From NCBI GenBank assembly GCA_963833985.1, contig CAWIAD010000002.1:1408001-1472000 (forward strand): DNA of 64,000 bases, read 5' to 3'. The translations under genes and the position numbers were made by a program. Source of the DNA: an uncultured Planctomycetaceae bacterium (GTDB lineage: Bacteria > Planctomycetota > Planctomycetia > Isosphaerales > Isosphaeraceae). The first letter of the stretch is position 1; each line of letters begins with the position of its first letter. The notes below the pieces were generated by a model. The model worked only from the letters and a program-made list of their open reading frames with translations, searched no databases and was not told the DNA's origin. Below, one piece after another: positions 1 to 9,159 of this stretch.

Positions 1-78
1 AAAGGGTGGACGCTCCTGCTGCGGTTTCTCGCACCGATCACGATCCCCGGCGGCCTGCGAATCGAGGTCTCGCGATGA
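1..78 (+). CDS. 3' end of small hypothetical gene upstream of the transposase (partial)
   Basis: Frame 1 is open from the window edge: KGWTLLLRFLAPITIPGGLRIEVSR* (TGA 76-78), just upstream of the transposase RBS. Confidence 0.45.
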   Translation, partial: KGWTLLLRFLAPITIPGGLRIEVSR

Positions 79-1374
79 TCGCTTTCCACCCGCAGAAGAT
101 GCTCGTCGCCGATTTTGATCCGCCGATTTATAGAGGTTGTCACGGTCCCTTCACCCGACTTGTGAGGAGATGTGATGACTCAAAGACACCCCTGTTCAAC
201 CGCTGCCTTGTGGGCACGGTTTCGGTTCTCCGTGGTGGGCTCGCTCCTGAGCTCTCCCCCTGCGCGGATCGCTTCAGACAGCGATCTGCTCCCTTGCCGA
301 AAAGACCTGGTCGCATCCTGTGACGGGGCGCGATGTCCGCGTCGCGGCCGCCACCATCGCGCGCTGGTACTACACGGCGCTCCACCAGCCTGACGACCCG
401 GTCGCCGCCTTGCGTCGTGCCGTGCGGAAAGACTGCGGAAAGATCTCGCTGGCGGCGACCCTCGCCGAGCGACTCCATCTCCAGTATCGCGATCACACGG
501 ACTGGAGCTATCAACTGCACTACGACAACCTCGCCGCGCTCTTGAAGGCCGATCCCTCACTGGGGCGGCTCCCCTCCTATTCCACGATCAAGCGTTTCAT
601 GCAGGCTCACGGCCTGGTGCGCAGACCGAGGCTCCGGCCCGGCGGACGCCCTGGCGAAGTCCGCGCCCAAGAGAGGCGTCAGACACGGGAAATCCGCAGC
701 TACGAAGCCACCCATGTCGGAGCGCTCTGGCATCTCGATTTCCACCACGGATCGCTCAAGGTGCTCACTCCCGGCGGCCAGTGGCTGCGGCCAATCGCGC
801 TGGGCATCCTCGATGACCACTCACGACTGTGCTGCCACGTTCAGTGGTATCTCTCGGAGACCGCCGAGGACCTGGTGCACGGACTCTCCCAGGCGATCCA
901 GAAACGGGGCCTGCCGCGCGCGCTGTTGACCGATAACGGCTCCGCGATGGTGGCCGAGGAAGTCACCGAAGGGCTCTTGCGTCTGGGCATCGTCGCAGAG
1001 CGAACGCTCCCTTATAGCCCGTATCAAAACGGCAAGCAGGAGGCGTTCTGGGGCACGCTCGAGGGGCGGCTCATGAAGATGCTCGATGGTGTCAGGGAAT
1101 TGACCCTGGAATTGCTCAATGAGGCAACCCAGGCCTGGATGGAAATTGAGTACAACCGCGCCGTGCACCGCGAGACCGGCAGCTCGCCGGTCGACCGCTT
1201 CGCCAAGGCCCCCGATGTGCTTCGCTCGAGCCCTTCGAGTGTAGCGCTGCGTGCGGCATTCCGCCTGGAGACCAAGAGGAGCCAGCGTCAAAGCGACGGC
1301 ACCATCTCACTGGAGGGGAGGCGCTTCGAGATTCCGGCAAGGTACCGTCACTTCCGCGCAGTGACCGTCCGTTA

Positions 1375-2727
1375 GGCGACCGGCACGTCGAGATCTACCC
1401 GGAATTGAGCTTCCCCGTTCTGTGAGATGATGCAAGGCTAGAGCCTGGCCTGTTGCCGTCTGTACACCAGGGAGGGGAACCGTCATGGAAGGATCCACTG
1501 AGTGCCTCGACGCCTTGATCTGTTCGGGAGCCAGACGGCTGACCGGATACCAGCGCCGATTGTTCATGGCCGAGGTGGCCACGGAACTCTGTGAAGGCAG
1601 CGCCCGCCAAGCTGAACGACGCTTCGGCTGGGGACGAGAAACGGTCCTGAAAGGACTGCACGAGGCCCGTCAAGGGATACGCTGTCTCGAGAATTTCGTC
1701 GCGAGAGGTCGGCTGCGCAGCGAAGAGAAGGACCCGCAACTGGCTGCGGACATCCGTGCGATCGTCGAGCCCCATACCTACGCCGATCCGGAACTGAAGT
1801 CGTCGCGACGGTACATGAACCTGTCGGCGGCGGAGGTGCGAGGAGCCTTGATTGACAAGGGCTATCCCCGAGACGCGTTGCCCAGCGAGCGCACCATGCG
1901 GGACATCCTCAACCGCATGAACTTCCGCCTCAAGCGGATTCAGAAGGGCAGGCCGCTGAAGAAGACCAAGGAGACCGACGCGATCTTCGCCAACGTGAAG
2001 GAGGTGCAGCAACAGGCTCGGGACGATCCTGAGGCGCTGGAGATCTCCATGGACACCAAGGCGAAGGTGGGATTGGGCGATTACGCTCGTGGGGGGAAAA
2101 ACCAGGACCGCCGCCGACGGTCAAGTGGCCAAGGGATGGGATCACGATCCGCCAGCCAAGGAGAAGCTGGTCCCTTTCGGCATCGTGATGCGGGTGACCG
2201 GGGTATTGATGCTCCTGTTCGGATCGCGCGAGACCAGCGACGCTTGGGCCGATGCGCTCCGCATGTGGTGGCTGCAGGTCCGGTCAGGCTTCGGGCATGT
2301 CAAGCGCCTGGTGATCTATCTGGACAACGGCCCCAAGAACTCCGGTCGGCGGACCCAGTTCCTGAAACGGATGGTCCAGTTTGCCGACTGGTCGGGGTTG
2401 GAGATTCGGTTGGTGTACTATCCCCCCTACCACAGCAAATACAACCCGATTGAACGCTGCTGGTCGGCCCTGGAGAAGAAATGGAACGGCGTGTTACTGA
2501 ACTGCCTGAAGGTGGTCCTGCAATGCGCCCTACGAATGACCTGGAAGCGCCGGCACCCGATCGTGAAACGCCTCCACGGCGAGTATCCCGATGGCGTTCG
2601 AGTCGCCGCCAAGGAGATGAAGCAGTACGAAGCTCGATTGGAAAGATCGGCGACCCTGCCGAAGTATGACATCACTATCAAACCGAGAATCACCGAGCAG
2701 CAGGGAAACTAAGACCTGCCGCTCGCC
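1375..2727 (+). mobile_element. ISAzo13-family IS, copy 1 (1353 bp)
   Basis: Terminal IRs GGCGACCGGCACGTC / GACCTGCCGCTCGCC (13/15 match); TTA target duplication at 1372-1374 and 2728-2730. Confidence 0.95.
1485..2712 (+). CDS. ISAzo13-family transposase, two frames joined at G6A5 (2091-2101)
   Basis: Motifs ISMDTKAKV, IYLDNGPKNS, YYPPYHSKYNPIERCW. Confidence 0.9.
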
Positions 2728-3000
2728 TTACGCCCGCTGGGACCTCGGCCGGATCGATCTGGTCGACGAGCAAAGTGGAACCGTCCTGGCTCCCATTTAT
2801 CCCCTCGACAAAGCCGCCAACGCCGACGGCCGCCGGGCCGTGACCGGGTCCGGTGGCACCGAGGTGCCGTCCCCAGAGCAGCGGCGCGACGCCGGCGAAC
2901 TGCCACCCCTCCTGAAAAGGATCCTCCAGGAGTACTCGGCCACGGGCATGCCGCCGGCCTATTTGCCCAGGACATCCCCGAAAGACAACGGAGAACCCTC

Positions 3001-3825
3001 ATGAATAGCAAGAAACTGCTGGCACTCTATGGGCTGAAATGGAACCCGTTTTCACCCGAGCTTCCTCCCGAAGCACTGCTGGCGCCCCCCAGGATCGAGC
3101 AATTTGCCTGGCGCGTGGAACAATTGGTCCAGGAAGGAGGCTTCGCGCTGATCACGGGTGAGTCGGGCACCGGCAAATCGGTGGCGCTGCGGATTGTGGC
3201 CGGGCGGCTGGCGGCGCTGCGGGATGTCACCGTCGGTGTGATCGAGCGACCCCAGTCGAAGAGCCCCGACTTCTATCGGGAGCTGGGGGACATCTTCGCG
3301 GTGAAGCTGGCACCGCACAATCGCTGGTGCGGGTTCAAGGCGCTCCGCGAGCGGTGGAAAGCCCACGTGGCCTCCTCGCGGATCCGCCCGGTGCTGCTGA
3401 TCGACGAAGCCCAGGAGATGAGCCCTGAGGTCCTCTGCGAGCTGCGTATTCTCTCCAGCGCCGACTTCGATGCCACGTCGCTTTTGACCGTGATCCTCTC
3501 GGGAGATGAACGACTGCTGGAACTGTTGCGGCACGAAGATCTGGTGCCCCTGGGCACCCGGATTCGCACGCGACTGGTCACCGAGCCCGCCACCCGCGAA
3601 GAGCTCCTGGAGTTGCTTCAACACGCGCTGGCCAAGGCCGGCAATGCCGCGCTCATGACGCCCCAGCTCGCAGAGACACTGGTCGACCACAGCGCGGGGA
3701 ACTACCGTTTGCTCATGATTATGGGAGGTGAGCTCTTGGCCCATGGCATGGCGCACGAAATCGGGCAGCTTGACGAGAAGTGCTACCTCGAGGTCTATCA
3801 GCCGCGAGGCCCGCGCCCGCGCTGA
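3001..3825 (+). CDS. ExeA/TniB-like AAA+ ATPase (transposition helper)
   Basis: YGLKWNPF N-terminus, Walker A GESGTGKS, Walker B LLIDEAQ; ATGA overlap with the transposase stop. Confidence 0.9.
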   Translation: MNSKKLLALYGLKWNPFSPELPPEALLAPPRIEQFAWRVEQLVQEGGFALITGESGTGKSVALRIVAGRLAALRDVTVGVIERPQSKSPDFYRELGDIFAVKLAPHNRWCGFKALRERWKAHVASSRIRPVLLIDEAQEMSPEVLCELRILSSADFDATSLLTVILSGDERLLELLRHEDLVPLGTRIRTRLVTEPATREELLELLQHALAKAGNAALMTPQLAETLVDHSAGNYRLLMIMGGELLAHGMAHEIGQLDEKCYLEVYQPRGPRPR

Positions 3826-3847
3826 AGAAGAAAGCGAAGGTGTGACG

Positions 3848-4801
3848 ATGGCGACCAGTGGCGAGCAAGTGCTTCCGGTGGTGCGTGTGGCCGAGCTTCC
3901 CAGCGATGAGCTCGCGGAGCGATGGCTGGTGGAGCAGCTCTGGTGTGCCCACGCGGTGGGCGTCATCGGCGGCGCTCCGAAGTGCGCCAAGACGTGGCTG
4001 GGGCTGGACATGGCCCTCTCCGTAGCCACGGGCACACCATGCCTGGGCAAGTATGCCGTACCGGAGCCGGGACCGGTTCTGGTTTACCTGGCTGAGGATG
4101 CGCTGCGGGCTGTGCGCGAACGTATCGAGGGAATGGCCCGGCATCGCGGTCTGGATCTCGACGAGGTGTCGATCCACGTGATCACGGTCCCGGTGCTCCG
4201 GCTCGATCACGATCGAGACCGCACGCGGCTGTGGGAGACAGTGCGGGGGCTTCGGCCTCGGCTGCTGGTGCTGGATCCCCTGGTGCGACTTCACGGCATC
4301 GACGAGAATCATGCTGGCGACGTCGCCGAATTACTCGGGTATCTGCGGTCGTTGCAGCGTCAGCTTGGCCTGGCGGTTCTGCTGGTGCATCACACGCGGA
4401 AGAACGCCGCGGACGGTGTTGCCGCCGGTCAGGGCCTGCGTGGGTCGGGTGACATACATGCCTTCGGCGACTCGAACCTGTATCTCCAGCGCACGAAGGA
4501 GCACCTGATCCTCTCCAGCGAGCACCGGTCGGCGCCGGCAGTAGCGCCTGTTTATCTGGAGCTGGTCGCCACCGACGCGGGGACAGCTCACCTGGAGGTC
4601 ATCGCAGCGCCTGATGATCGGAACGGGCGCGACCTCGAAGGGCAAGTGCTGAATCTTCTGGCTCAAGGCCGAGTGCTTACGCGAGCGAGCCTGCGTGATT
4701 CGCTGGCGGTGAAGAACGAGCGTTTAGGGACGGTACTGGAGTCACTGGAGCGCGCCGGCAAGATCGGCCGCACAACTGGAGGCTGGCGACGTCTCCGCTG
4801 A
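3848..4801 (+). CDS. RecA-fold AAA_25 (RepA/helicase-like) ATPase
   Basis: WLVEQLW, GGAPKCAKT, VYLAED, LLVLDPL, LVHHTRK, LRGSG motifs; possible C-terminal winged helix. Confidence 0.85.
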   Translation: MATSGEQVLPVVRVAELPSDELAERWLVEQLWCAHAVGVIGGAPKCAKTWLGLDMALSVATGTPCLGKYAVPEPGPVLVYLAEDALRAVRERIEGMARHRGLDLDEVSIHVITVPVLRLDHDRDRTRLWETVRGLRPRLLVLDPLVRLHGIDENHAGDVAELLGYLRSLQRQLGLAVLLVHHTRKNAADGVAAGQGLRGSGDIHAFGDSNLYLQRTKEHLILSSEHRSAPAVAPVYLELVATDAGTAHLEVIAAPDDRNGRDLEGQVLNLLAQGRVLTRASLRDSLAVKNERLGTVLESLERAGKIGRTTGGWRRLR

Positions 4802-4816
4802 TCATCCGGAGCGGAC

Positions 4817-4851
4817 CGTTCCGTTCCCCTTCCGGAGAGGGGAACGGAACG
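4817..4851. repeat. Perfect 14-bp inverted repeat (hairpin) after the AAA_25 gene
   Basis: CGTTCCGTTCCCCT-TCCGGAG-AGGGGAACGGAACG; no U-tract. Confidence 0.85.
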
Positions 4852-4921
4852 ATCCTCCTGCAGTGAAATACACCACCGATTATCTTGCCCAGATGGCCAT
4901 CGATTATCGCGGCCACTCTCA

Positions 4922-5111
4922 CGTCGGCATCCAGATCAAGATCGAGGACCCCGGTCTGGGGGATCGTGCCCCGGATGAAGTCGAACAGCTCCCCGACCAT
5001 GATGTCCGGTGGCTCATTCTTCACGGCCATCGACCTGAGCCGATCGAGGCTTGGCCTTACACCGAAACGCCTTTCCAGTTGAGACCCTACCGAGAGTAGA
5101 TGAACTCCCAA
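4922..5111 (-). pseudogene. 5' part of ACP-like/Cys-rich gene truncated by the transposon
   Basis: TTG start with GGAGG RBS; 4922-5131 matches 49804-50013 (210 bp, 1 mismatch seen). Confidence 0.85.
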
Positions 5112-5133
5112 TGATGTCGTCCTCCCGCGTGCA

Positions 5134-5167
5134 CACGCCCCTACCGACTATAGACCCCGTTGTAATG
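5134..5167. repeat. Cassette-boundary site (weak copy, right arm shifted 2 nt)
   Basis: CCGAC-TATA-GACCC-CGTTGTAA. Confidence 0.4.
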
Positions 5168-5209
5168 TGGACGACGCGTAGGCGGCGAACCAATCGGCCT
5201 TCCCGGCCT

Positions 5210-5473
5210 TCAGATGTTATACAGAATTACCTGAAGGGCGACCAAGGCGAACACGCAGTAGCAGGCCTGCTGGGATCGCCGCAGCCACCGACGTTCATCG
5301 GCGTCGAGGTACTTCGTTGGCGGCACCGTTGCAATGGCGGTGGCCAATGATCCCCAATCTTGTCTCATTCTCTTCATCGAGCCCGGCGTCCGGACCCTTG
5401 GAATGCAGAGCAACGACCACATCCAGAGGAAGACGATGAGAACCCACAGCAGTCCTCGCAGAAAGACAAGCAT
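5210..5473 (-). CDS. Small membrane hypothetical protein
   Basis: ORF with two hydrophobic segments; ATG 5473 chosen because the TTG at 5506 lies inside the boundary site. Confidence 0.6.
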   Translation of the reverse strand: MLVFLRGLLWVLIVFLWMWSLLCIPRVRTPGSMKRMRQDWGSLATAIATVPPTKYLDADERRWLRRSQQACYCVFALVALQVILYNI

Positions 5474-5492
5474 CTGTAGTTCCCAGGGTTTG

Positions 5493-5526
5493 TTGGCTAA
5501 CTCCAACTATATATCAGCCGTTGCAC
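5493..5526. repeat. Cassette-boundary site
   Basis: TTGGCTAACTCCAAC-TATA-TATCAGC-CGTTGCAC. Confidence 0.75.
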
Positions 5527-5647
5527 TCCTCGCTCAAGAGGGACCGAAGGGGCCGCACAGAATCTCGGGTTGGAACCTGCTAGGAAACCGAACTGACTTC
5601 GCTCATTCTGACCTTGAGGACCTTCGCACGAGCATCGCCACTCAGCC

Positions 5648-7069
5648 CTACCTCTTCGTTTCGATTTGGATTAAAGAGGCGATGTCCCAGAGGACAACGC
5701 TACCCTCTTCGACCTGTTTCTCCTCCTGCGGCCGACAGATCCCTGCGAGCGTCCTACAATCCGGCGAAAAGACCATCTTCTCGACATATAGCCTGCGGCC
5801 CCCGAGTGAAAGCTCGCAGGTCGCCTTGAGTTCCCCCGTCGCCAGGTCCCGTATCCGGACTTTCATCTCGGACACGGAGAAGATCGCCCGGCCGCCGGGG
5901 GCGAACGCGGCATAGCACGATCGATCCGCCCATCCCGAGCCCATACCCTCCTGGTAATGAGCGACCTCATTCCCGGTCGCGCTGTCCCATAGTTTGATGT
6001 CGTTGTCCCTGCTCGCCGTGGCGAACCTCTTGCCATCCGGTGAGAAGGTGACGGAAGTGATTGCTCCTTTATGCCCACGGTGATTGGCTCGTGCTGTTTT
6101 GGTCGCAACGTCCCAGAGACCAACAGACCCCCGGTGATCGCCTGCGGCCAGGCTATTGCCGTCGGGCGCGAGGGCCAAGTTATTCACCACCCCTAAGCTC
6201 CCCTTTAGACTGAGGTTAGCCATCTCTCGTCCTGTGGAGAGGTCCCAGATGGTTGCACCGAAAGCATGACCGGAGGCGAACAACCTACCATCCTGAGTAA
6301 AGGCCGAACACAGACCCCCGTAGAGCCCGCAATGGAAGGAAGCCCGCACCCTGCCGGTCTCCCACTCCAGAATCCGGACGAGCCCATCGGGCCTCTTTGC
6401 TTCCTCATCTTTCCGACCCACGGCGAGTAGTTGACCGTCCGGAGAGAAAGCGACGGACCTGGAGGGTCCCTGTCCGTCGAGTAGGGAGCGAACAGTTCCC
6501 GTCGCCGTCCTCCATATCATGATGTCAGGATCGTCACCGACTGAGGCCAGATATTGGCCATCGGAGGAGAAGGCCAAGGCGACGATTCGGTCCTTGCGAC
6601 CGCGCAGAACGACTTTGGCGTTGGGGGGTCGTCCATCATCCAGGAAGCCGAACGCCGACTCGGCCGCCACTGCCACGTGCTTCCTGAGCGGGTCGAGATC
6701 TGCGACGAGGACACGGCCACCGCGCCGGACGTGTCCGAACGGCGAGAGCAAGTCGATCACCTCGCTCGCTCCGTCACCGTACTTCAGCTCCAGCGCACCC
6801 AGAGTGTTGCGATTCGAAGGGCCTTGCACATGTCTCGCCGAGGCCAGCGGCTGGAGGCACAGACGCTCAATGAGATGGGGATCGGTCAGAAGTAGTTCAA
6901 GCCTTCCGTCGGGCCCAGTGATGGAGATGCGCAATTCCGAGGGCTGCCGCTCCTTGTGCTCCGCTTGTGAAGCAGCTCCGGTTTGTGTACAGCCTCTGGG
7001 GGCGGATATCTCGCACGCCAGATGGAGGGCTAAGATGAAGAATAGACTGGGAAACGGTCGACATGCCAT
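5648..7069 (-). CDS. Secreted WD40-repeat protein
   Basis: Repeated AFSPDG...A...D..I.LWD units; signal-like N-terminus. Confidence 0.9.
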   Translation of the reverse strand: MACRPFPSLFFILALHLACEISAPRGCTQTGAASQAEHKERQPSELRISITGPDGRLELLLTDPHLIERLCLQPLASARHVQGPSNRNTLGALELKYGDGASEVIDLLSPFGHVRRGGRVLVADLDPLRKHVAVAAESAFGFLDDGRPPNAKVVLRGRKDRIVALAFSSDGQYLASVGDDPDIMIWRTATGTVRSLLDGQGPSRSVAFSPDGQLLAVGRKDEEAKRPDGLVRILEWETGRVRASFHCGLYGGLCSAFTQDGRLFASGHAFGATIWDLSTGREMANLSLKGSLGVVNNLALAPDGNSLAAGDHRGSVGLWDVATKTARANHRGHKGAITSVTFSPDGKRFATASRDNDIKLWDSATGNEVAHYQEGMGSGWADRSCYAAFAPGGRAIFSVSEMKVRIRDLATGELKATCELSLGGRRLYVEKMVFSPDCRTLAGICRPQEEKQVEEGSVVLWDIASLIQIETKR

Positions 7070-7117
7070 GTTACGCACCCCATCAGCTGAGGGGTTGGTC
7101 AGGAACTGAGTCTTGTA

Positions 7118-7151
7118 GCGCAACTGATGAATTATATTTCACCCGATGCGC
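7118..7151. repeat. Cassette-boundary site (clearly palindromic)
   Basis: GCGCAACTGATGAAT-TATA-TTTCACC-CGATGCGC; 11/15 dyad symmetry. Confidence 0.8.
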
Positions 7152-7214
7152 TCCGAGTGCCTTGCGACCGTAAGATCAGGAGCAGAACACCGGCTCCGAG
7201 GAAAGGAGATGACT

Positions 7215-7598
7215 CTAGGATGGCCTCAAGCACCACTCAGCGAGTGAGCGAGTGTCGGCGAACTCATTGACCGGAGGAAACCCAGAAAGCATGGGCACCC
7301 ACCTTCGGTAGGCGGAGTCGTATCGCTCGATAAGAGCCATGTGAAAGAGAGCCCTCTGATAGTCCCGCCACACTGCCAGACCCCGCTTTCGATAACTTGC
7401 GTCGATCGATTGCGGCGTTTCCCCGAGCTTGCAGACCGGCCCAGATCGATCGAGGCAAGCGTCGAGACGCTCGTGTTCTGCGATACAAACGCGAGTGAGC
7501 CGCTCACGACGTTGTCGAAACTCAGCCATCACGAGCGCGGACAAGGCCACTGTAAGCGTCACCATCCAAAGTCTGCACCGCGGATGGGCCAGTCGCAT
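7215..7598 (-). CDS. Hypothetical protein with planctomycete-type N-terminal leader
   Basis: GAGG RBS; MRLAHPRCRLWMVTLTVALSAL leader. Confidence 0.7.
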   Translation of the reverse strand: MRLAHPRCRLWMVTLTVALSALVMAEFRQRRERLTRVCIAEHERLDACLDRSGPVCKLGETPQSIDASYRKRGLAVWRDYQRALFHMALIERYDSAYRRWVPMLSGFPPVNEFADTRSLAEWCLRPS

Positions 7599-7700
7599 GC
7601 CACACCTCGTTCGGTTACCCAGGGAGAACTACACGCCATCGAGTCGATGCGCCCCATCTCTCAATCATGGGTGCAACACAATGCATCCTCGCGACCGCTG

Positions 7701-7734
7701 AATTGCTGCGTCAACTATACTCCACCACTTACAG
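7701..7734. repeat. Cassette-boundary site
   Basis: AATTGCTGCGTCAAC-TATA-CTCCACC-ACTTACAG. Confidence 0.75.
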
Positions 7735-7754
7735 GCCCGCCGATTGACCCGTCC

Positions 7755-8330
7755 CTACGGATCGACCAAGAGATAGAGAGCGGGAGATAGCACACCGAGG
7801 ACAACCCAGCAACTACCAAGCACCCAGCCCATCATCTCCAGCCAATCAAGGCTCCTCCTCTCTTCCGAGCGGATGATCCCAAGCAGCCAGACCGAAGCCA
7901 GCGATAACGCAACCTGCGTGGGCAGTAGAAGGCCGGTGCGAAACCAGATGCCAGTCAGGCTCCGCACTGATGAGGTGCCCTTAATGCACATCGCGATTAG
8001 GAGAAGTACCGCCCACATTATCAGCCCGGCGGAGACAACGATCCCCACGATCGCGGACGGTCGAGAAGCGAGCCTGGCCGAACGCGGTTGCCTCAGCGAC
8101 AGCACCAGGAGAGCGAGGGACCATGGAACAAGGACATCGACCGATCTGGTAATGTTGTACCAGAACCATCGGATATCACGCGGCCAGTAGCGATTCATCT
8201 CAAGCCACATAAGTTCGAGATGAGGCCGCCAAAGGGCAAGGCCGGTGGCGGTAGCGGCAAGGAACACCATCGCATCGAGTAGCGTGAAGCGGCGTAGTTC
8301 GCTGGTAGGCTTCATGCTGGATTCACGCAT
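7755..8330 (-). CDS. Multi-pass membrane hypothetical protein (RRFTLLDAMV family)
   Basis: RRFTLLDAMVFLAATA...LRQPR...DWLE..G..LG; paralog of the next gene. Confidence 0.8.
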   Translation of the reverse strand: MRESSMKPTSELRRFTLLDAMVFLAATATGLALWRPHLELMWLEMNRYWPRDIRWFWYNITRSVDVLVPWSLALLVLSLRQPRSARLASRPSAIVGIVVSAGLIMWAVLLLIAMCIKGTSSVRSLTGIWFRTGLLLPTQVALSLASVWLLGIIRSEERRSLDWLEMMGWVLGSCWVVLGVLSPALYLLVDP

Positions 8331-8384
8331 TTAGCTAGTCTTGATACAACTCGTGAACTCGCATTGCATGGATGAGTTCAGTGG

Positions 8385-8418
8385 AATGTCGAGACCTGTT
8401 ATAGGTCACCCGTACCAG
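8385..8418. repeat. Cassette-boundary site
   Basis: AATGTCGAGACCTGT-TATA-GGTCACC-CGTACCAG. Confidence 0.65.
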
Positions 8419-9159
8419 CTCACACCAAGAGCATCACGAGCAACGCTGCCGAGACACATGGCCGAGACGCCCGAACGCCAAACACTGGCCTTTGTTCACC
8501 GATAATACTGCATCTGACCACGCTTGACCGAGAACGCTAGTGATGGCTCACCGCGGCGTGTACGGGAAAGGGAATAGGTAGAATAGGAGAGGTACCAGCA
8601 AGATGTAATAGGCTCCGAGTATTCGACCCGTCCGATCAATCCATGTGGATTCAGGGTGGCAGCAGCCGCCCAGCCTCACAACGGCCCAAGAAACGCCGAC
8701 AGCGAGGCACATGTGCGGTACTAATTCATCCGTTTGTGTGAAAGCGATCAACCAGAAATCATCCAGCAGAGACCCTATCGGTAGTGTCCCTTCTGACATC
8801 CTTAAGGTCAAGTCTCGCCAGTCGTTCCCCGAGATGCAAGCCAAGGCCATCCCCGCGGCGAGTTGCACTATCCGGAACAGTGCAACGAACACGATCGCAA
8901 AGCAGGCGACGGTTCCAGGTTGTCTCATCATCCGCGTGAGCCGAGGGCGAGGTCGCATCGAACGGAGGATCAACAGTGATGAGGCGAGGGCGATATTGAT
9001 CGGTTGGAGAATGCAAACAAGACGGAACAGACTTCCCAGCATTCCCGTTAAACTTGGGTCGAACTGCCACCATTCTGATATGGCTCCCATGGTTTGACAG
9101 TAGATGCGAGCTAGGAAGATCGCAACACCGGTCGTCGCGACCAGAACCATGCCGTCTAG

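Larger units (their letters stand above)
175..3004 (+). pseudogene. DDE (rve/Mu-like) transposase interrupted by ISAzo13
   Basis: GAGGAG RBS at 164-169; motifs WHLDFHH, ILDDHSR, LTDNGS, PYSPYQNGKQE; removing 1375-2727 and one TTA restores VTVR-YARWDLGRIDLVD; additional frameshift near 265. Confidence 0.9.
1..4921 (+). mobile_element. Right part of a TG...CA transposon carrying DDE transposase, ExeA-type ATPase and AAA_25 ATPase; left end outside window
   Basis: Ends ...GGCCACTCTCA at 4921 with two subterminal repeats CCAYCGATTATC (4873-4884, 4897-4908). It cuts a gene whose intact copy is at 49268-49993, and identity with that copy begins exactly at 4922. Confidence 0.8.

Noticed and set aside
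7118..7153. XerC/D pdif sites
   Set aside because: One arm (GGAGCGCATCG) resembles the E. coli XerC arm, but there is no TTATGTTAAAT-like arm at a 6-bp spacing and the symmetry centre is the TATA itself. Not fully excluded.
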